From: a bacterium
GTDB taxonomy: Bacteria > Hinthialibacterota > Hinthialibacteria > Hinthialibacterales > Hinthialibacteraceae
Assembly (NCBI GenBank): GCA_041946805.1
Contig: JBHGBC010000029.1
Coordinates: 1-44,888 of the forward strand
DNA: 44,888 nt
Direction: 5' to 3'
Below the pieces are notes generated by a model. That model was given only the letters and a program-made list of their open reading frames with translations, was not told where the DNA came from and did no database searches. Of this stretch, positions 37,446 to 44,888 are shown piece by piece. Numbering within the stretch: position 1 is the first letter of the stretch; every line of letters starts with the position of its first letter. Made by a program: the position numbers and the translations under genes.

Positions 37446-37618
37446 GGGGAGGGGATTCATTCGTATCGTTTTTTATTCGAAACCAGGGCTTACAATTCTT
37501 GACGATTTTCCTATTGTGCTTTCAGGATTTGATGATGAATGGTAACTATTTACCGGTATGCATTACAGTTTTACAGGCGCCAGATGATGGATTTATCAAT
37601 ATACTCCCCGGTGACTCG

Positions 37619-38548
37619 ATGAAGCGCAGTTATATCCTATTCGCCGGCTTGTTCCTATTGGGAATCCTGGTGTCGCTCTTCCTCCAATCGCTGGAGAGCC
37701 GCCGGATGGGGGAGAGTCTGTCTTCGCGTACAGCGGATGAGATCCGGTTTCCCAGCCGCATCATCTGCGCCGCGCCCAATCTGGTGGAAATCGTGTACGC
37801 CCTGGGGAAAGAAGGGTGCATCGTGGGGGTGAGCGACTACACGAATTATCCCCCCGAGGCGCGGAACCAGGAACGGATCGGGGGGGTGTTCAATCCCAAC
37901 CTGGAGCGGATTCTGGCCCTGCGGCCGGACTTGATGATTGTTCAGGGGGCGATGGAAAAGCACACAGCCTTCTGCCAACGCCGGGGCGTTCCGGTGTTGC
38001 GGGTGGATACGGAAAACTGGTCTTCCATCGGGGAGGGCATCCGCAAAATCGGGAACGCGCTGGGTTGCCCGGACAAGGCGGAAGCGCTGATCGGGGATAT
38101 TCAGGGCCATTTGGATGAAATCCGCCGCCGGGTGGCAACCTTGTCCCACCGGCCCAAGGTTTTTCTGAGCATGAGCCGGCGGCCGGGATCGCTCAGCGGT
38201 TTGTTCACGGTGAACCGGGATTCGTTCATACATGAAATGTTGCGCGTGGCCGGGGGGGAGAATATCTTTGAGGACGCGCTGACGCGGTATCCCCAAATTT
38301 CCAAGGAGTCATTGATCACCCGCGCGCCCGAGGTCATCCTGGAGTTGCAGTTGCAGGGGGATACTCCGGCCGGACGGGAGGAGACGTTGCGGAAGGATTG
38401 GGAGGCCTTGCCCATGATCCCCGCCGTGGCCGCGGGCCGGATTTACATGGTGACCGAGGATTACGTCATGATTTCCGGCCCCCGGATTTACCAGGCCGCC
38501 GAATTGTTTTATCGATTGCTCCACCAAAACCATGAATCCAAATCCTGA
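37619..38548 (+). CDS. BtuF/FecB-like substrate-binding protein (cobalamin or iron chelate)
   Basis: APNLVEIVYALG, VGVSDYTNYP, PNLERILALRPD, GPRI; start set at ATG 37619. Confidence 0.85.
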   Translation: MKRSYILFAGLFLLGILVSLFLQSLESRRMGESLSSRTADEIRFPSRIICAAPNLVEIVYALGKEGCIVGVSDYTNYPPEARNQERIGGVFNPNLERILALRPDLMIVQGAMEKHTAFCQRRGVPVLRVDTENWSSIGEGIRKIGNALGCPDKAEALIGDIQGHLDEIRRRVATLSHRPKVFLSMSRRPGSLSGLFTVNRDSFIHEMLRVAGGENIFEDALTRYPQISKESLITRAPEVILELQLQGDTPAGREETLRKDWEALPMIPAVAAGRIYMVTEDYVMISGPRIYQAAELFYRLLHQNHESKS

Positions 38549-39335
38549 ACCGCTGATCATCACCAATTTGCGTTACGCCTACCCGGACTCGTCCTGGCAA
38601 CTCGACGCGCCGGAGTTCCGGGGGCGGGCGGGGGAGATCGTGGCGGTCATCGGCCCCAACGGATCAGGCAAGAGCACGCTGCTGCGCCTGGCGGCCGGGG
38701 TGTTGCCGTTTACGCAAGGCCGAATCGAAATCCTGGGGGAGGACATTCGTTCCCTGGACCGGCGCCGTGCCGCGAAAGTACTGGGGTACCTGCCCCAGGA
38801 GACAACCGCGGAGTTCGATTTCCGGGTGATCGATGTGGTGGCGATGGGGCGGTACGCGCATCTGCCGGCCGGGGGTTTTTTGCGGGACCACGACCAGCGG
38901 GTGGTGGACGAATGCATGAAACAAACCGGCACGATGCCGTTGAAGCACCGGCGGTTGTCGCGTTTGTCGGGCGGGGAACGGAAGCGTGTGCTGCTGGCGT
39001 CGGTGCTGGCGCAGGAGCCACGGATGTTGTTGTTGGACGAGCCGACCGGTGCGTTGGATCTGCATCACCAGGTCCGTTTTTTCGCGATTTTGACCCAGCT
39101 GGCCGAAGCGGGCCTGTCGGTCATCGTCGTCACGCATGACATGAACCTGGCGTCGCTCTATTGCCACCGGATGGTGCTGATGTGCGAGGGGCGGATCGTC
39201 CGGGACGGGCCGCCGGAAGAAGTGCTGACCCGGGAGCAGCTGGCGCCCATCTACGGGGGGAATTTCCTGATCGGGCGGCATCCCCAGATCCCCCGTCCAT
39301 TGATCTATCCCGACATGAAAGGAACCGGCGGATGA
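38532..39335 (+). CDS. ABC transporter ATP-binding protein (BtuD/FecE-like)
   Basis: GPNGSGKS, LSGGE, LLLDEPT, THD. Confidence 0.92.
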   Translation: MNPNPEPLIITNLRYAYPDSSWQLDAPEFRGRAGEIVAVIGPNGSGKSTLLRLAAGVLPFTQGRIEILGEDIRSLDRRRAAKVLGYLPQETTAEFDFRVIDVVAMGRYAHLPAGGFLRDHDQRVVDECMKQTGTMPLKHRRLSRLSGGERKRVLLASVLAQEPRMLLLDEPTGALDLHHQVRFFAILTQLAEAGLSVIVVTHDMNLASLYCHRMVLMCEGRIVRDGPPEEVLTREQLAPIYGGNFLIGRHPQIPRPLIYPDMKGTGG

Positions 39336-40342
39336 GTGGTCCCTTAACCCTGCGGGCCGGACTGGTTCATGTTTCGCTCTACGCGATTCCCTTCGCGGTG
39401 GTCCTGGCGGTGTGTCCCTTGACGGGCAGCGAGACTATTCACGTGGGCAGCGTGATCCAGGCGTTGTGGAATGGGACCTGGGATATTTCGGCGGAGATTT
39501 TCTATTTCCAGCGCGTTCCCCGGGTGCTGCTGGCGGCCTGCGTGGGGGGGACGCTGGCGGTGGTGGGGGCGGCGTTCCAGGTGATCCTGCGCAATCCGCT
39601 GGCGGAGCCCTACACCTTGGGCATCACGGGGGGCGCCTCGGTGGGAGCGGTGCTCGCCATCCTGTTCCCCATTTTGCAATTTTCCTGGAGCGTGTTCAGC
39701 AGTGTGCAACTTTTCGCCCTGGCGGGGGCGTTCGCCGTGTTGCTGCTGATCTACTCGCTGGCGCGGCGTCCGGAAGGTTTCGCGGTCTATACGCTGCTGC
39801 TGGCGGGGGTGACGTTGTCCATCGTTTCGGCGGGCGCGGTCATGTTTCTGCGGTACGTGGCCAGTCCCAATTACCTGGTGCAGATGGACCGCTGGATGAT
39901 GGGCGGGCTGGATGTGACCGGCTACCGGGAACTCGCGGCCTTGTTTCCCTTGCTGTTTCCCGGCTTGGGGATCCTGTTTTCGTGCATGGTGGAACTGAAC
40001 CACCTGGCCCTGGGGGAAGAGCTGGCGTTGGGGCACGGGGTGGATGTGCCCTCGGTGTACCGGCGGGTGTTTTTCGGCGGGGGATTGGCCACCGCGGCGG
40101 CGGTGTCTCTGTCGGGGCCGATCGGCTTCGTGGGGCTGATCGTGCCGCACGCGGTGCGGCGGCTGAGCGGGTACGATCATCGCGTCGTGCTGCCCGCCTC
40201 GTTTTTCCTGGGCGGGGCGCTGCTGGCGGCTTGCGATACCGTCGCGCGGACCCTGTTCGCGCCCACGGAAATCCCGGTGGGGATCATCACCGCCCTGGCC
40301 GGCGGCCCGCTGTTTATTCGTATATTGTTACGGAGGGGGTAG
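39332..40342 (+). CDS. ABC transporter permease (BtuC/FecCD family)
   Basis: RVPR, RNPLAEPYTLG, GPIGFVGLIVPH, EIPVG..TAL.GGP.F; ATGA overlap with the ATPase gene. Confidence 0.92.
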   Translation: MSGPLTLRAGLVHVSLYAIPFAVVLAVCPLTGSETIHVGSVIQALWNGTWDISAEIFYFQRVPRVLLAACVGGTLAVVGAAFQVILRNPLAEPYTLGITGGASVGAVLAILFPILQFSWSVFSSVQLFALAGAFAVLLLIYSLARRPEGFAVYTLLLAGVTLSIVSAGAVMFLRYVASPNYLVQMDRWMMGGLDVTGYRELAALFPLLFPGLGILFSCMVELNHLALGEELALGHGVDVPSVYRRVFFGGGLATAAAVSLSGPIGFVGLIVPHAVRRLSGYDHRVVLPASFFLGGALLAACDTVARTLFAPTEIPVGIITALAGGPLFIRILLRRG

Positions 40343-40390
40343 GCACCGGCGGGCAATTGCCATAGGCGCCGCGGCAGGATATTGGGGGAA

Positions 40391-41581
40391 TCAACCGGGG
40401 AGGGGAAGGATTTGCTTGATCTCGAGGGCCCCGAGGTATAGCCCGGTTTCATCGCGCAGGGCGTAATAGCGGGCCAGGACCGTTTTTCCCCGGAACTCGA
40501 ACGCGTGCTCGGCGTAATCGCGCCGGCCGGCGTGGAAATCCTCCAGAATGCGCAGAATCTTGTCCACATGCTTGGGCGGGCAGGCGTACCGCGCGCGGCG
40601 GCCCAGGAGGATGGATTTGCGCGGGACCACCGGTCCGGAGCCGTCGGAATAGAAGCGGATGATGTCATCCGCGTCCACAAAGGTTAAATCAACGGGTAGA
40701 TTCCGGAACAAAGCCGTGAGTTGCGGGGGGGAGAGAAAGCCGTTTGGAAACGATATGGTTTCATCGTTTCCACAGGGCGCAGAGAGAGGTTGGGCAGCGG
40801 GCTGGAAGCCGCCGCGGGGTTCGGTCAGGCACCAGCCGATGGGAGGGGATGCGAACCGGATCCGTTCCCATTCCTCGGCGGTCAAGCAATCGCGGGCGAT
40901 GGGGAAGAGGATGTTTTCTTCCTTGTAGATCATATCCTCAACGGCCTTGAGAGGTGGATCTACGAACCACGAGACGAAGGTTTGCCCGTTGCCGCCGAGA
41001 GACGGATCCTCGCCGAGTTTGCTGTTCAGGGCCGAGAGGGAGGCGTGGATTTCGTTGTCTTTGGCGAGCATGACCCGGGTGGGGCAGGTGACGTTTTTGG
41101 TTTCCAGGACGGGATAGAGCAGGCGGCTTTTGCGGAGGTAATGCTTCTCGAGGTCCATCAGGTCGCCGGCAGCCTGGCGGCACAGCCAATAAAGCTGCTC
41201 GGCCTCGCCGGGATGGCGGGTGGCCAGCAGCACTTTGAACGCGGCCCGGAGGGCGCGGACCAGGGATCCGATGGCCTGGTTTTCCCGGTGGAAGGTGTCC
41301 AGCGGATGGCCGGGGGGCAGGCTGGGCGGTTCCAACGGGGGCAGGAAATCACGCAGAACGGCGGTGTGGAGATCGCAGTAGGCTTGCAGTTCTTCGGGGG
41401 GCAGGCCTTCGGCGAGCAGAGCTTGTTCCAGGGCGAGGATTTCGGCGGGAGTGGTGGCAGCCGCCTGATCGGCCAGTTCACGGCGGATGGAATCGAGGTC
41501 GTCGCCCTCGTGGAGGCGCAGGATAAGAGCCTTGAGAGCCATGACGTGGGGGGATGGATTTTCGGGGGATTCAGGATTCAT
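40391..41581 (-). CDS. DUF438-like/hemerythrin-like/PAS domain protein
   Basis: EILALEQAL...CDLH, PGHPL..F..EN, HY.RK, MIYKEENILFP, LPVDLTFVD; start uncertain (ATG 41581 chosen). Confidence 0.8.
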   Translation of the reverse strand: MNPESPENPSPHVMALKALILRLHEGDDLDSIRRELADQAAATTPAEILALEQALLAEGLPPEELQAYCDLHTAVLRDFLPPLEPPSLPPGHPLDTFHRENQAIGSLVRALRAAFKVLLATRHPGEAEQLYWLCRQAAGDLMDLEKHYLRKSRLLYPVLETKNVTCPTRVMLAKDNEIHASLSALNSKLGEDPSLGGNGQTFVSWFVDPPLKAVEDMIYKEENILFPIARDCLTAEEWERIRFASPPIGWCLTEPRGGFQPAAQPLSAPCGNDETISFPNGFLSPPQLTALFRNLPVDLTFVDADDIIRFYSDGSGPVVPRKSILLGRRARYACPPKHVDKILRILEDFHAGRRDYAEHAFEFRGKTVLARYYALRDETGLYLGALEIKQILPLPG

Positions 41582-41773
41582 GCCGGTTCCGGTCAATGGA
41601 AAGTGTTGCCGAACGATGGTTTCCAGGATGGATGGATCATTATAAAGACATTGGGGTAAAAGGCCAATCTTGAGAGGGACCCAGGGCGGGAGTTTTGCGA
41701 GCCACCGGGTTGGAGGCAAGGGAAGGGATTATTGAAGAATGGGTGGACACCAAGGCGTGCCCCAGCCGGTTTT

Positions 41774-41806
41774 CCCTCACCCCGGCCCTCTCCCAGAGGG
41801 AGAGGG
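41774..41806 (+). repeat. BoxC-like core
   Basis: CCCTCACCCCGGCCCTCTCCCAGAGGGAGAGGG. Confidence 0.85.
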
Positions 41807-41918
41807 AGGAGGGAAGGAAGGAGATTGTGGGAGGGCTGGGCGGTGCTCAATCCACCCGGTCTGGCGGAATCCAAGGCGCGCATTCCAGAGCGCCGGCGGT
41901 TGGGCGGGGCCGCTCGCG

Positions 41919-43457
41919 TTATTCCCACTCGATGGTGCTGGGGGGTTTGGAGGAGATGTCGTAGACGACGCGGTTGACGCCGCGGACTTCGTTGATGATG
42001 CGGTTGGCGGCGCGGCGGAGAACCTCGGGGGGCAGGAGATACCAATCGGCGGTCATGTAGTCGGTGGTTTGGACGGCGCGCAGGGCGATGACGTCCTCGT
42101 AGGTGCGGCTGTCGCCCATGACGCCCACGGATTTGACGGGGAGCAGAACGGCGAAGGCCTGGCCGATGTGGCGGTAGAGGCCGGCGTCGCGCAGTTCTTG
42201 AATGTAGATGGCATCCGCTTGGCGGAGAATGGCGAGGCGTTCACGGGTCACTTCGCCGAGGATGCGGATGGCGAGGCCGGGGCCGGGGAAGGGCATGCGG
42301 TACACGGAATCCTCGCCGAGTCCCAGGGCGAGGCCGAGGGCGCGGACCTCGTCCTTGAAGAGTTCGCGGAGGGGCTCGACGAGTTTGAGTTTCATGTTGT
42401 CGAGGAGTCCGCCGACGTTGTGGTGGGTTTTGATGGTGGCGGATGGGCCCTTGAAGGAGATGGATTCGATCACGTCGGGATAGAGCGTCCCTTGCAGAAG
42501 GAATTCGGCGTCACCCAGTTTCCGCGCCTCTTCCTCGAAGACCTCGATGAAGGTGTTGCCGATGATCTTGCGTTTTTGTTCGGGATCGGTGACACCCTGG
42601 AGGCGGGTCAGAAAGGTTTCCGAGGCGTCAACCAGGGATAGATTGATGCCGAGGCGGTTTTTGAGGCGGTCCATGACCTGGGCGGCCTCGTCGAGGCGGA
42701 GAAGGCCATTGTCGACCAGAAAACCGTGGAAGCGGTCTCCGATCGCCTTATGCAGCAGGACCGCGGCGACGGTGGAATCGACTCCGCCGCTCACCGCGCC
42801 CACCACTGTTCCATTCCCCACCTGTTCCCGCACGCGGGTGACGGCTTCTTCCAGGAAGGAGCCCATGGACCAATCGCCACGGCAGCCGCAGACCGCATGG
42901 GTGAAGTTCTTCAGGAGGCTTTTGCCGAGAGGGGTGTGGCTGACTTCGGGGTGGAATTGGATGCCGTAGCAGTGGCGTTGGAGGTCGCCGATGGCGGCGT
43001 GTTCGGAATTGGGGGTGCGGGCCAGATCCTGAAAGCCGTGGGGGAGTTCGAGAACCTTGTCGCCGTGGCTCATCCAGACCTGGAGCGTGCGGGGGAGTCC
43101 GCCGAAGAGGGGGCCCGGTTGGAGGAGGGTGAGTTCGGCGTGGCCGTATTCGCGGCGGTCTCCGGCGGCCACCTTGCCGCCGAAGGCCAGGGCCATTTCC
43201 TGCAGGCCGTAGCAGATGCCCAGGACGGGCCGGCCGGAGTCCCAAACGGCGGATCCGGCATGGGGCGCGTTTTTTTCGTAGACCGAATAGGGGCCGCCGG
43301 AGAGGATAATGCCCCGGGGCTGGAGTACGCGCAGGGCCTCCGCGGCGCGGGTGCAGGCGTGGAGTTCGCAATACACGCCCAGTTCACGGACCCGCCGGGC
43401 GATGAGGTGGCTGTATTGGGAGCCGAAATCGAGAATCAGGATACTGTCGTGACGCAT
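41919..43457 (-). CDS. guaA: GMP synthase (glutamine-hydrolysing)
   Basis: [42 protein letters not shown]. Confidence 0.98.
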   Translation of the reverse strand: MRHDSILILDFGSQYSHLIARRVRELGVYCELHACTRAAEALRVLQPRGIILSGGPYSVYEKNAPHAGSAVWDSGRPVLGICYGLQEMALAFGGKVAAGDRREYGHAELTLLQPGPLFGGLPRTLQVWMSHGDKVLELPHGFQDLARTPNSEHAAIGDLQRHCYGIQFHPEVSHTPLGKSLLKNFTHAVCGCRGDWSMGSFLEEAVTRVREQVGNGTVVGAVSGGVDSTVAAVLLHKAIGDRFHGFLVDNGLLRLDEAAQVMDRLKNRLGINLSLVDASETFLTRLQGVTDPEQKRKIIGNTFIEVFEEEARKLGDAEFLLQGTLYPDVIESISFKGPSATIKTHHNVGGLLDNMKLKLVEPLRELFKDEVRALGLALGLGEDSVYRMPFPGPGLAIRILGEVTRERLAILRQADAIYIQELRDAGLYRHIGQAFAVLLPVKSVGVMGDSRTYEDVIALRAVQTTDYMTADWYLLPPEVLRRAANRIINEVRGVNRVVYDISSKPPSTIEWE

Positions 43458-43618
43458 GGCGGAGTTCTCTCGTCTTGAATTGTTAAGGCGTTTCTTCGCG
43501 TAGCACGAAAAGGATGGTGAAAAAGTTATTCAATCCACTCCATCCCTCCGGGTGGTTATCATTCCGCTGTGGCATTTCGCTCTTCCCATTATGGTGTAAG
43601 TCGAGGCGGCTTTCCGGT

Positions 43619-43692
43619 AGGGCGAATCTCCGGGCGAGCCGATACTCAGGGAAGCCCATGGCCCTTTAATGGCTCGGCCGGAGCCTCGCCCT
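43619..43692. repeat. Inverted REP doublet (REPIN-like) between guaA and nuoA
   Basis: AGGGCGAATCTCCGGGCGAGCC ... GGCTCGGCCGGAGCCTCGCCCT (19/22 inverted match); related unit at 29220-29244. Confidence 0.7.
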
Positions 43693-43720
43693 CCCTTTTG
43701 GGGATCCCTCCCCCGTTTGC

Positions 43721-43749
43721 TTGCGGGGTGATTTTAAGCCATATATACT
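43721..43749 (+). promoter_or_regulatory. Putative sigma70 promoter of the nuo operon
   Basis: TTGCGG-17 bp-TATACT upstream of nuoA. Confidence 0.45.
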
Positions 43750-43784
43750 GAGTATAGATAATAAACCATCCATCGCCGAGGGAA

Positions 43785-44165
43785 ATGCAACCGATGCTAT
43801 TATACGATTACATCCCCATTCTGCTGATGGCCGCGTTGGCCGCGGGATTCGCGGCGGCGAACCTGGTGGTCTCGTGCGTGTTCGGGCCGAGAGTGCACAA
43901 CCCGGCGAAATTGGATCCGTACGAGTGCGGGATGCCGCCGGTGGGCAATCCCCGGGAGCGGTTTAACATCAAATATTTCATCGTGGCCATGTTGTTCGTG
44001 ATCTTCGACATCGAGATCGTCTTCCTGTTCCTGTGGGCGGTGGTGTTCCGGGAATTGGGCTGGTACGGAATCGGGGTGATGAGCGTGTTTCTAGGACTTT
44101 TGATCGCCACCCTGTTCTACGAATTGAAAAAAGGAGCGCTGGAATGGGCCTCGAAGCCAAACTGA
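43785..44165 (+). CDS. nuoA: NADH-quinone oxidoreductase subunit A
   Basis: [21 protein letters not shown]; the start may be 43794. Confidence 0.95.
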   Translation: MQPMLLYDYIPILLMAALAAGFAAANLVVSCVFGPRVHNPAKLDPYECGMPPVGNPRERFNIKYFIVAMLFVIFDIEIVFLFLWAVVFRELGWYGIGVMSVFLGLLIATLFYELKKGALEWASKPN

Positions 44166-44713
44166 TCGATATGCTCGGCAGCGACGTCATCACCACCACG
44201 GTTGATAAGGTTGTGAATTGGTCACGGAAAAATGCTCTGTGGCCGGTGACCATGGGGTTGTCGTGCTGCGCCATCGAGATGATGGCCGCGGGGGCGTCGC
44301 GGTACGACATGGCGCGGTTCGGGGCGGAAGTGTTCCGGGCCTCGCCGCGGCAGGCGGACCTGATGATCGTGGCGGGGACGCTGACCAAAAAGATGGCCCC
44401 GGTTTTGCGCAAGGTGTATGACCAGATGGCCGAGCCGAAGTGGGTGATCGCCATGGGGGCGTGCGCCTCGAGCGGGGGGATGTTCAACGTCTACAGCGTG
44501 GTGCAGGGCGTGGACGAGGTCGTGCCCGTGGACGTGTACGTGCCCGGCTGCCCGCCGCGTCCGGAAGCGTTGCTCTACGGCGTGATGCAGTTGCAGCGTA
44601 AGATCAGCGAGATGAAGTTGACGGGCAAGAAGCGCGGGGAACTGGCGCCCACGGTGGTGGGAGAATCCCAGGAGGAAATCCAGGATTCCGCGCGGTTGGC
44701 GGGGGTGGTGTGA
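44144..44713 (+). CDS. nuoB: NADH-quinone oxidoreductase subunit B
   Basis: [35 protein letters not shown]; start ATG 44144 with AGGAG. Confidence 0.96.
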   Translation: MGLEAKLIDMLGSDVITTTVDKVVNWSRKNALWPVTMGLSCCAIEMMAAGASRYDMARFGAEVFRASPRQADLMIVAGTLTKKMAPVLRKVYDQMAEPKWVIAMGACASSGGMFNVYSVVQGVDEVVPVDVYVPGCPPRPEALLYGVMQLQRKISEMKLTGKKRGELAPTVVGESQEEIQDSARLAGVV

Positions 44714-44784
44714 TATTCTTTTCGGATTCTCTGGGGATTGAGAAGCTGGAAGTGAACGAGGATATATCGCCTCACCACGGAATC

Positions 44785-44888
44785 AGGCGGACACCTGGGC
44801 CCGCCCATACAAAGATCCCTCACCCTGATCCTCTCCCGGAGGGAGAGGGAATTTGGGATTGATCTCCCGAACCAGTCTGATTGAGAAC
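44785..44888 (+). repeat. GTAG-like REP + BoxC-like core, truncated by the window end
   Basis: GGCGGACACCTGGGCCCGCCCATAC, core at 44817-44849, tail similar to 29686-29723. Confidence 0.75.

Noticed and set aside
41700..41960. Island integrated at the guaA 3' end
   Set aside because: No integrase or att duplication seen; only a BoxC-like repeat.

Overview
A 44.9-kb GC-rich bacterial chromosomal segment with about 29 protein genes and one tRNA-Glu(TTC). It has no transposase, integrase or CRISPR array. The style of the secreted proteins suggests the OLB16/Hinthialibacterota lineage, but this is inference only. In order: a Tat-exported Gfo/Idh/MocA oxidoreductase downstream of four tandem aldo/keto-reductase-like paralogs; a partly AT-rich two-gene module (wHTH-like protein plus a 1068-aa AAA+/HerA double-ATPase fusion) that is a candidate undescribed defence or DNA-processing system; trpB2; two paralogous B12-dependent radical SAM genes divergent from GT-C and GT9 glycosyltransferases; a lone sulfite reductase; secreted LRR/FG-GAP and glucose/sorbosone dehydrogenase proteins; an AT-hook/wHTH protein; tRNA-Glu; S41 peptidase; PqaA-like hydrolase; a prepilin-type protein; a hydrolase-murF-ddl operon; a BtuF/D/C-like ABC importer; a DUF438-like protein; guaA; nuoA-nuoB. 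Most longer intergenic gaps carry modular repeats. About 19 BoxC-like cores (CCCTCACCC-N3-CCCTCTCCC-N3-GGGAGAGGG, 17 in the same orientation) sit inside at least two MITE families with terminal inverted repeats (TIRs) and 8-bp target-site duplications (TSDs). Some elements are chimeras whose halves swap at the core, and several GTAG-type REP palindromes are also present.
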